Notes under the pieces: generated by a model
What the model was told of the DNA's origin: nothing
Database searches by the model: none
Seen by the model: only the letters and a program-made list of their open reading frames with translations
Made by a program: the position numbers and the translations under genes
Shown here: positions 16,114 to 23,453 of the stretch, piece after piece
Numbering within the stretch: the stretch's first letter is position 1
How the letters are laid out: every line of letters starts with the position of its first letter
From: an uncultured Acidobacteriota bacterium
GTDB taxonomy: Bacteria; Acidobacteriota; DATKUA01
DNA: 64,000 nucleotides
Direction of reading: 5' to 3'
Assembly (NCBI GenBank): GCA_964408025.1
Contig: CAYOXX010000001.1
Location: 79,140-143,139 of the forward strand

Positions 16114-18312
16114 ATGCGCAGCGCGACCATACGTTATATATTATTGGCCTCTTTGCTAATAATATTAAATTGTTTCACTACCTCTTCTGCTTTGGAACCT
16201 CTGCAGGCGGCAATGGCCCCGAGCTCGATCGGCGTTTCCAGCGCTACGGGCGGTCCAGGAGACAATATCTCGATCAGCGTCAGCATCAACGACGGCTCAG
16301 GAGTGCTGGCATTCGGCCTCGACCTGAACTTCGATTCCTCAGTTCTTAGTTACAACAGTACCTCCAAGGGCAACCGTGTTCCGAGCGGATACAATTTCAG
16401 CTCGAACCTCATCGGCGGCAACACGGTTCGCGTTGGTGGCTATAGCGGCGATGGCTCGACAGGGCTGAATTCCGGCGGCGGTACCGTAGCCGTAATGTCA
16501 TTCCAGATAAAGAACGACGCGCCCATGGGTACCACCAACCTTACTCTTAGTAACCTGACCGACGGGTTCGCCGGCTTGTCAATCAGTAATGGTTCAGTGA
16601 CTGTTCAGATTACGGTAAAGATCAATTCATTCACCGCCAGCCCGAGCACGATCGCCCGGGGAGGATTTTCGACGCTAAGCTGGAGCATCAGCGACGCCAC
16701 CAGCGCCAGCATCAACCAGGGTATCGGCAGCGTCGACCCGGTTAGCGGCTCCGTGGAGGTTTCGCCCAACAACACAAAGACCTACACCCTGACCGCCCAA
16801 GGTCCGGGCGGCCCCAAAACAGCCCGAGTCACGGTGACAGTCAATATAGATCTACCCACTGTCAACTATTTCACAGCGAGTCCAGGAACCATAGCTGCAG
16901 GGGGATCGTCCACACTAAGCTGGGATGTAAATAATGCGGACAGCGTCAGCATCAACAATGGCGTCGGGAACGTAAACAAGAAAAGCGGCAGCAAGAACGT
17001 CTCGCCCGGCAGCACAACTATCTATACCCTCACGGCTACGAACTTCGCCGGGTCATCTACTGCCCAGGCGACCGTCACCGTCCTCAGCGCGCCCATAATC
17101 AACTGGTTCTTCTCCAGCACCTCGTCGGGCGATCCTATCCACACATCGGAAGATGCTTATCTCAGCTGGAGCGTTACGGGTGCCGCTAACGTCAGGATCA
17201 ACAACGGCGTGGGCGCCGTCGATTCGGAATGCGGCGCTACAGCTGTTTCGCCCAATAGGACGACCAGCTATAGACTGACGGCCACAAACAACGCCGGAAC
17301 TTCTACGGCTAACGCCACCGTTCACGTGACCGACAGACCGAGAATTCGGGCCTTCTATTCACTTCCAGCTTCAGCCGTGTTGGGACAGGCGATAAATTTC
17401 TACTGGACTGTCGCCGGCGCCAGCAGCCTCGAAATCTCCCCCGACGTTGGAGACGTCGATGGTGATAATGGGTCCACAGGCTACCTGCCAACCTCCTCCA
17501 GGACTTACACCCTCAGAGCCCGCAACTCCGACGGTACCGATACCGCCACTGTCATGGTTGCTGTGGTTAGGGAGGCTCCTGATCTGGAGGTCAGCATATC
17601 AAGGGTTGGTAGCAGGTCCATCAGATCAACTACCGCTCCTCCTCGACGAAGGATCGGTAAGGGACCAGTCGGCACGGAGTCGACTATAGAGTTCATAGTC
17701 AAGAACGTCGGAAGCGGTGATGCCAACAACTTTAAAGTTCAGCTTGTGGAAAACGGAGTTGTCATTGACGAGATCAGGGTATCTCATCTGGCAGCCGGAG
17801 CCACCGCCAGTTTGAGCTTTGAATATACTCCTCTCACTCCCGGCGAGAACGCTGTAGAGTTAGTGGTAGACTCGGATTGCATGTTGCCCGAGTTGAACAG
17901 AACTAATAACACCTATCATGGAAGATTCATCGCCACGTCTGTAAAAGGTGTCGACCTGGTAGTTAGCCACGTAAGAGTAATGCGGCTCGGTGCTGGTGCG
18001 TCTTCCGACGCCCTGCAGATCAGCTTCCGTATAACCAACTGCGGCAATACCGAATCGCCTGAATTCCAATACCGAGCCTACATTACAAGGAAGGCAGGAA
18101 GGATCACAAAAAGCGATACCCTCGTTATCGAAGGTCAGATATCCAGCCTGGGCGTGAACGGAGACTACGTCGAAATAACCAGAGTGATGCTGTTCAAGAA
18201 GCTCAAGAGGAAGTTCTATTTCCAAGGATTCGTAGACGTAGCCGAGGCTGTGAGCGAGGCCAACGAGGAGAATAACGCCACCGTCAAGAAGATCCAAAGG
18301 AAGTACCTGTAG
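16114..18312 (+). CDS. Secreted scaffold-like protein: cohesin-like module + 4 Ig-like repeats + 2 CARDB domains
   Basis: The ATG at 16114 has a purine-rich SD-like run (GAAGGAAAGG) upstream and opens directly onto a signal peptide 'MRSATIRYILLASLLIILNCF'. The ORF is also open from 16033. Domains were read from the translation. The CARDB ends 'ELNRTNNT' and 'EANEENNA' are characteristic. Confidence 0.7.
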   Translation: MRSATIRYILLASLLIILNCFTTSSALEPLQAAMAPSSIGVSSATGGPGDNISISVSINDGSGVLAFGLDLNFDSSVLSYNSTSKGNRVPSGYNFSSNLIGGNTVRVGGYSGDGSTGLNSGGGTVAVMSFQIKNDAPMGTTNLTLSNLTDGFAGLSISNGSVTVQITVKINSFTASPSTIARGGFSTLSWSISDATSASINQGIGSVDPVSGSVEVSPNNTKTYTLTAQGPGGPKTARVTVTVNIDLPTVNYFTASPGTIAAGGSSTLSWDVNNADSVSINNGVGNVNKKSGSKNVSPGSTTIYTLTATNFAGSSTAQATVTVLSAPIINWFFSSTSSGDPIHTSEDAYLSWSVTGAANVRINNGVGAVDSECGATAVSPNRTTSYRLTATNNAGTSTANATVHVTDRPRIRAFYSLPASAVLGQAINFYWTVAGASSLEISPDVGDVDGDNGSTGYLPTSSRTYTLRARNSDGTDTATVMVAVVREAPDLEVSISRVGSRSIRSTTAPPRRRIGKGPVGTESTIEFIVKNVGSGDANNFKVQLVENGVVIDEIRVSHLAAGATASLSFEYTPLTPGENAVELVVDSDCMLPELNRTNNTYHGRFIATSVKGVDLVVSHVRVMRLGAGASSDALQISFRITNCGNTESPEFQYRAYITRKAGRITKSDTLVIEGQISSLGVNGDYVEITRVMLFKKLKRKFYFQGFVDVAEAVSEANEENNATVKKIQRKYL
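16222..16610 (+). other. Cohesin-like module (coding segment)
   Basis: 'SSIGVSSATGGPGDNISISVSINDGSGVLAFGLDLNFDSSVLSYN...VRVGGYSGDG...GTVAVMSFQIKND...GSVTV'. It is roughly half identical in protein to the 15433-15822 module. Confidence 0.65.
16621..17580 (+). repeat. Four tandem divergent coding repeats (79-82 aa, Ig-like 'F.ASP..I..GG.S.LSW.V..A.SV.IN.GVG.V...G...VSP..TT.YTLTA.N..G' pattern)
   Basis: Repeat anchor motifs start at 16621, 16861, 17098 and 17344 (spacings 240, 237 and 246 nt). Confidence 0.75.
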
Positions 18313-18339
18313 CTGGTAACAGGCACCGATTTCATATTT

Positions 18340-19158
18340 TCAGAATAGTCTATGAGCGCAGCGGAACAGTCCTGCCATCCTGGCTGAGTAATTATCTTCT
18401 CCGGGTTCGAGCGATTCGACTGCGACGCGGCCGTTGCTGATAGATGCGTGGGCAACGCTGGCGCCGCCCAGCGAGACGGCCACGTGGTCGATCCTCTCGC
18501 CCTCGGCGAAAAACAGCAAGTCGCCAGCGATCAGCCTCCCCCACCCTTCGCCTGGCTCGACGGCCTCGCCCATTTCGCCCTGCTCGTAGGAATTACGCGG
18601 CAGGATTGTGCGGTGCAGGCGGTAGATGAGCTGAACGTAGCCGGAGCAGTCGAATGCAAGAGTCGAGGTTCCCCCCCAAAGATACGGTATGCCGACATAA
18701 TCCAGCGCGAGGCCGCGTATCGACTCAGGTGACGGCGAGGGCAGATTCTCGATCAGCGTGGCGATCCCGGCGGGAATCCAGCCGGAGTGGCCGTCAGGGA
18801 GGATGACGCGCTGCCACTTGTCTTGCCGTTCAGAACTCAGCAGACGCGAACCGTCGGTGAGGATGGCGAGGGTTCGCGAAGCCGGATTCGGCTCTTCCAG
18901 ACAGCGGGCTTGCAGCGCCCGCGCGCAGAGCAATTCCCCCGTGCGGTAACTACCGGCTATATCCGGATCGAGTGTTAGCGAGCCGCTGTGAATCCAGCCT
19001 ATAGAACCGTCTTCGAGCCGGCAGCGGAACCAGGGGACTTTCTCTTCGAGAACACCTACGGATTCGCCCAGGAGGACCTGGCTGTGCAGGCCCGAGCGCT
19101 GGTTCGGCTCGATCCTGACGTTGGCGACCGAGTTTCGCGCTATCGCATCCATCTCCAC
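18340..19158 (-). CDS. NlpC/P60 (C40) peptidase with N-terminal SH3b-like domains (YkfC-like gamma-D-Glu-diamino-acid endopeptidase type)
   Basis: Catalytic Cys block 'FDCSGYVQLIY' and His block 'IDHVAVSLGG'. Two SH3-like segments ('GWIHSGSL', 'GWIPAG') lie upstream. No obvious signal peptide. Confidence 0.8.
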   Translation of the reverse strand: MEMDAIARNSVANVRIEPNQRSGLHSQVLLGESVGVLEEKVPWFRCRLEDGSIGWIHSGSLTLDPDIAGSYRTGELLCARALQARCLEEPNPASRTLAILTDGSRLLSSERQDKWQRVILPDGHSGWIPAGIATLIENLPSPSPESIRGLALDYVGIPYLWGGTSTLAFDCSGYVQLIYRLHRTILPRNSYEQGEMGEAVEPGEGWGRLIAGDLLFFAEGERIDHVAVSLGGASVAHASISNGRVAVESLEPGEDNYSARMAGLFRCAHRLF

Positions 19159-19218
19159 GCCTGGAGTGTATCACGACTGCCTGGACGGATTACCGGGTCC
19201 CGAATACAATGCGCCACT

Positions 19219-19827
19219 ATGTCGAAAGGTACCCGTATCGTTCTTGCTTCGGCTTCCCCTCGCAGGGCCGAGTTGCTGCGCGCTCTGGGGCTCGAGTTCG
19301 AGGTGCGCCCGGTGGAGCTGGACGAGACTCCTCTTGCGGGAGAATTGCCGCCGGACCACGCCATCAGGCTGGCGGTGGCCAAGGCCACGACGTACTCCCA
19401 CGGCGACGACAGCAGCCTGGTGATCGGTTGCGACACCGTTGTTGTAGTTGGATGCGAGATCCTTGGCAAGCCGCGCTCGGCGGACGACGCGCGCCGTATG
19501 CTCGAACTTCTGAGCGGCAGGAGACACGAGGTGATCTCAGCCGTGGCGATTTGCTGCGGCGAGACAGTTTCGGGATACAGCAAAACGCGCGTGACGTTCG
19601 CGCCGCTGAGCGAGAAGGAGATTAACTGGTATGTCGCTACGGGCGAATCGATGGACAAATCGGGCGCCTACGGCATCCAGGGCTACGCCGCGCTGTTCGT
19701 GTCCGAGATAAGCGGTTCCTACAGCAGTGTCGTTGGCCTGCCTCTGGAGCTGCTCCCCGAACTCTTCGGGAAGCTCGGCATAGATCTGTTCTCGCTGATT
19801 AGACCGTCGGATAGTTATGCCACCTGA
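19219..19827 (+). CDS. maf: Maf-family nucleoside triphosphate pyrophosphatase
   Basis: 'IVLASASPRRAELL', 'GCDTVV', 'GKP', 'GAYGIQG'. The start was moved to the ATG at 19219, because the longer ORF from 18988 runs antisense through the NlpC/P60 gene. Confidence 0.85.
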   Translation: MSKGTRIVLASASPRRAELLRALGLEFEVRPVELDETPLAGELPPDHAIRLAVAKATTYSHGDDSSLVIGCDTVVVVGCEILGKPRSADDARRMLELLSGRRHEVISAVAICCGETVSGYSKTRVTFAPLSEKEINWYVATGESMDKSGAYGIQGYAALFVSEISGSYSSVVGLPLELLPELFGKLGIDLFSLIRPSDSYAT

Positions 19828-19923
19828 TTGCTGACCGCTGCGATCACCCTCGCCTCTATCACCACGCGTTCCGCCTCGAACCGCTGCGGCTGGTCAGCTC
19901 GATAGGCTACCTAAAGGTGGCCG

Positions 19924-20532
19924 CTACGGCCCTTTGCCGACCACCACCTTTGCGGGCCTCAGTACTATATCGCCGATTTTGTAGCCGGCCTGTGTTTCTT
20001 CGATCACGAGGCCGTCCTCTTCGGGCGTTGCTTCCCGCGTCATTACCGCTTCGTGCAGCTCCGGATCGAAGGGCAAGCCCGCTGCTTCGATGCGGACGAC
20101 TTCTATTTTACTCAGCTTGGAACGGAGGTCGTCGCGGATAAGTCGAACTCCCTCGTGCAGAGCGGGTTTGTGAGCGGGTGCATGGACACCTGCTTCCGAC
20201 GAGGCGCTGAGCGCGGAGTCGAGGTTGTCCAGAACATCAAGTAATACTTTAATCAACTCGAGTCTCTTACTTTCCGCCCGGCGTTCCATTTCCGACTCCA
20301 TCCGTTTCTTGAACGCCGCCTGCTCCTGCTCCAGTTCCTGGTAACGATCTTTTAGCTTCTCGCGGCCGGCTTCCATCTGCGCCTGCAGCTGTTCCACGAA
20401 GGAAGGGTAGTCGCTGCGGCGCGCGGGCCGTTCGCCCGCTTTCCGCGCTCCCGACTCCCTGCGGGCCCAGAAGCGCCGGTCGTCTACCTTGAATTCTTTC
20501 CCTTCTTTTGGGGTTTCGCCATCGTTTACCAT
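19924..20532 (-). CDS. grpE: Nucleotide exchange factor GrpE
   Basis: Long N-terminal helix, then the C-terminal beta-domain 'GYKIGDIVLRPAKVVVGK'. Size and layout are typical of GrpE. Confidence 0.85.
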   Translation of the reverse strand: MVNDGETPKEGKEFKVDDRRFWARRESGARKAGERPARRSDYPSFVEQLQAQMEAGREKLKDRYQELEQEQAAFKKRMESEMERRAESKRLELIKVLLDVLDNLDSALSASSEAGVHAPAHKPALHEGVRLIRDDLRSKLSKIEVVRIEAAGLPFDPELHEAVMTREATPEEDGLVIEETQAGYKIGDIVLRPAKVVVGKGP

Positions 20533-20535
20533 CGT

Positions 20536-22233
20536 TCAGGACCCGGCTTCTAGCGCCTTGATGTCGAGCTGCAGCTGCCGCCTGCCGCGCCAGTTGTTGA
20601 ATACGGCGGTGAACACGACGTCCAGGCGGTCTCCCGCCCGCAGTCGCGACATCTCGTCCGCCATTCGCCAGGCGAGCGCCGTGTGCGCGGATCCCTCCTG
20701 CTCCAGTATCAACTTCGCGTGCAGGCTTTTCAGTATCCTCGGCGGGGCCGCCAACCTCACGCCCCTCGCCAGGAGCAGTGGGCTGGGGTTAGCGTGGCCG
20801 AACGGCTCGAGCAGAGTGAACTGCTCCTGGAATTTCTTGTCTAGTTCACCCATCTTGATTTCGGCGTCCACTTCGATTTTCGGTTCGATTAGATCTGGAG
20901 TAATAAGGGCCTCGGCGTGAGCACGCAGCATAGCGCGCAAGACCGGGAGATCGGCGGCTGGCAACTCGAATCCGGCCGCCATGTTGTGGCCGCCGTACCT
21001 GCCGAACAGATCTCTGCATGTCGCCAGTGCGTCGAGGAGGTTGAAGCCGGGTATGCTGCGCCCCGACCCGACAGCGACGCCGTCTTCGACGGCGGCGACC
21101 AGCGCCGGGCGCGCGTAATTGTCTACCAACTTGGAGGCGACGATGCCGACAATCCCCTTGTGCCAGCGCGAATCGGCAAGCACTAGGATGCGCCCCGACA
21201 GGTGCGAGGGATCGGCCTGCAGAATCTCATCCGCCTGCTCTACCATGCGCTCGACCATCCGCTGGCGTCGCCCGTTCAGCCGATTCATGTTCTCGGCGAT
21301 CTCGCGCGACCTTTTCCTGCTGCCGGCGAAGAACAGCTCTATCGCCTCCTCCTGGCGCCCGAACCTACCCATGGCGTTGAGCCTCGGCGCCAGGCGGAAG
21401 CCGACATCGGCCGCCGTGATCTCGCTGCCTGCGAGGCCGGCGACCGCGATCAGGGCCTGCAAGCCCAGATTCGAGGTTCCAGGGAGCAGAGCGAGGCCGT
21501 GGCGGGTGAGAACGCGGTTCTCGCCGACGAGCGGAACTACATCAGCCACGGTTCCCAGGGCGCACAAGCGCAGAATCGAGTGAATCGGCGGCTCCACGCC
21601 GCAGCGTTCGAACAATGCCAGGGCGAGCTTCGCCGCCACGCCCACTCCCGCCAGTTCCTTGAAGGGGTAAGAGCAATCTGGCCGCTGCGGATTGACGACG
21701 GCTACCGCCTCCGGCAGCTCCCCGTCAGGCGGATGGTGGTCGGTGACGATTATATCGATGCCCAGCGAGCGAGCTAGAGCGACCGCCTCGCGCGAGTTGA
21801 TGCCGCAGTCGCAGGTGATGGCGAGCGTCACGCCGCGGCTGTGAGCCACCTCAACACCCTCGGCCCGCAGGCCGTAGCCTTCCTCGAGACGGTTGGGGAT
21901 GAAGTGCGTTACCTCGTTTCCCAATGATTCGATGGTCCGGACCAGGAGGGCCGTGGCGGTCAGGCCGTCGGTGTCGAAGTCGCCGTGGACGAGGATCTTT
22001 TCCCTGTCGCGAAGTGCTCTTACGATCCGCTCAACGGCGGCTTCCATATCCTCGAGGAGGAATGGGTCGTGCAGCTTGTCCAGCGACGGCTCGAGAAAGT
22101 CCCGCGCACACTCGACGCTATCGAATCCGCGCGCAGCCAGAATCCTGGCGACGAGGGGATGGAGACCACCGACCCGCGCGAGCTCCTCTGAGAGGCTCTC
22201 GTCGCAGGGCACGATCAAGTAGCGCAGCGTCAT
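20536..22233 (-). CDS. recJ: Single-stranded-DNA-specific exonuclease RecJ
   Basis: DHH motifs 'LVHGDFDTDG', 'ITCDCG' and 'IIVTDHH', plus DHHA1 'GGHNMAAG'. Confidence 0.9.
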   Translation of the reverse strand: MTLRYLIVPCDESLSEELARVGGLHPLVARILAARGFDSVECARDFLEPSLDKLHDPFLLEDMEAAVERIVRALRDREKILVHGDFDTDGLTATALLVRTIESLGNEVTHFIPNRLEEGYGLRAEGVEVAHSRGVTLAITCDCGINSREAVALARSLGIDIIVTDHHPPDGELPEAVAVVNPQRPDCSYPFKELAGVGVAAKLALALFERCGVEPPIHSILRLCALGTVADVVPLVGENRVLTRHGLALLPGTSNLGLQALIAVAGLAGSEITAADVGFRLAPRLNAMGRFGRQEEAIELFFAGSRKRSREIAENMNRLNGRRQRMVERMVEQADEILQADPSHLSGRILVLADSRWHKGIVGIVASKLVDNYARPALVAAVEDGVAVGSGRSIPGFNLLDALATCRDLFGRYGGHNMAAGFELPAADLPVLRAMLRAHAEALITPDLIEPKIEVDAEIKMGELDKKFQEQFTLLEPFGHANPSPLLLARGVRLAAPPRILKSLHAKLILEQEGSAHTALAWRMADEMSRLRAGDRLDVVFTAVFNNWRGRRQLQLDIKALEAGS

Positions 22234-22413
22234 GCGAGACCCGTAAGGATTTCCGAGGTCACCCGCTTCTGTCGGCGTGGTCGAGTTTCATTGGCGTCCA
22301 TGGTCAACACCAGGCGATCCCGGCCGCAAGCCTTTTCCGCGCGGTATGCCATTTTTCCGGCGGCCGCTTGCGGCCGGCTAGGCGAAGTGGGCGGGAGGGT
22401 CACGGGGTCGTCT

Positions 22414-23385
22414 TCAGTCCTCGATTTTCACGGCCTCTTCGATGAAGGCGCCCAGCTTGCGGAATCTCTGGAATCGGTCCTCGATCAGTTCATTCGGGCT
22501 GAGGGCGCTGAGCTCCTGCAGATCCTCCCAGAGGTGCTCCGCCAGGATCCCGGCCATCTGCTCCCGGTCGGTGTGGGCCCCGCCCAAGGGCTCGGGAATT
22601 ATTCGGTCGACTATGCCCAGTTCCAGCAGGTCCGGGGCTGTCATCTTCATGGCGTCGGCGGCTTCGGCGGCGTAGCCGGCGTCCTTCCAGAGAATGGCTG
22701 CGCAGCCCTCGGGCGAGATAACCGAATAGATCGAGTTCTCCAGGATGCTGACTCTGTTGCCGACGCCGATGGCCAGGGCGCCGCCGCTGCCGCCCTCGCC
22801 GGTGATGGTGACGATGATCGGCACTGAGAACTTTCCCATCTCCCGCAGGTTGTAGGCGATCGCCTCCGCCTGGCCACGCTCCTCGGCACCGATGCCCGGG
22901 TAGGCGCCGGGCGTGTCGATGAAGGTGAAGATAGGCCGGCGGAACTTGTCCGCCATCTGCATGATCCTGATTGCCTTGCGGTAGCCCTCCGGCCGCGGCA
23001 TGCCGAAGTTGTGGTGCAGCTTCTCCTTGGTTGAGCGCCCCTTCTGGTGGCCGACCACGCAGACGGGCTGATTGCGGAATAAGCCGAAGCCGGCGACGAT
23101 GGCGTGATCGTCGGCGAATTTCCTGTCGCCGTGGATCTCGAAGAAGTCCTGGAAGAGGAGCTGGATGTAGTCGTTAGTGTAGGGGCGGTCGGGAGCGCGG
23201 GCCATCAGCGTCCGCTCCCAACGCGAGAGGCCCGCGACGATCTCTTTGCGCTTCTCGCTCAGCTCGAGGCGCAGCGCCTCGAGCTCGCTCTCCCTCTCGG
23301 GTGAATCGGTATAGCTCTCGAGGTCGCTTATGCGCTCCTCGAGCTCGACGAGCGGGCGCTCGAACTCACCAGCCAGCTTCCTCAA
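22414..23385 (-). CDS. accA: Acetyl-CoA carboxylase carboxyltransferase subunit alpha
   Basis: 'FIDTPGAYPGIGAEERGQAEAIA' and 'GEGGSGGALA' blocks; 323 aa. Confidence 0.9.
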   Translation of the reverse strand: MRKLAGEFERPLVELEERISDLESYTDSPERESELEALRLELSEKRKEIVAGLSRWERTLMARAPDRPYTNDYIQLLFQDFFEIHGDRKFADDHAIVAGFGLFRNQPVCVVGHQKGRSTKEKLHHNFGMPRPEGYRKAIRIMQMADKFRRPIFTFIDTPGAYPGIGAEERGQAEAIAYNLREMGKFSVPIIVTITGEGGSGGALAIGVGNRVSILENSIYSVISPEGCAAILWKDAGYAAEAADAMKMTAPDLLELGIVDRIIPEPLGGAHTDREQMAGILAEHLWEDLQELSALSPNELIEDRFQRFRKLGAFIEEAVKIED

Positions 23386-23453
23386 CGTCGCTGTCCCCCA
23401 TCAAGGAGACGGATGGTAGCAGAGAGGGGTATCGGCGTCAACGAGCAGGCGGT

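Noticed and set aside
11068-17580. Tandem repeats as a CRISPR array
   Set aside because: The repeat units are 234-246 nt, contiguous without spacers, in frame and protein-coding. No cas genes are present.
6939-18312. Accessory cluster as a tRNA-Arg-integrated genomic island
   Set aside because: A core uvrD-family helicase separates the tRNA from the cluster. No integrase is present, and I did not see a direct repeat of the tRNA 3' end. The composition anomaly is confined to 12.0-14.9 kb.
18988-19218. N-terminal extensions offered by the ORF track (maf from 18988; also 16033-16113, 33362-33439, 45737-45769, 56902-56934, 57870-57989, 59371-59592, 59421-59477)
   Set aside because: The extensions overlap neighbouring genes or lack homology. 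Internal ATGs are preceded by SD-like sequences and open directly onto the conserved N-terminal motif or signal peptide of the family.
19924-22233. grpE coupled to recJ and separated from dnaK/hrcA as an anomaly
   Set aside because: Gene order of the chaperone genes varies widely among phyla. Nothing in the sequence suggests an unusual function.
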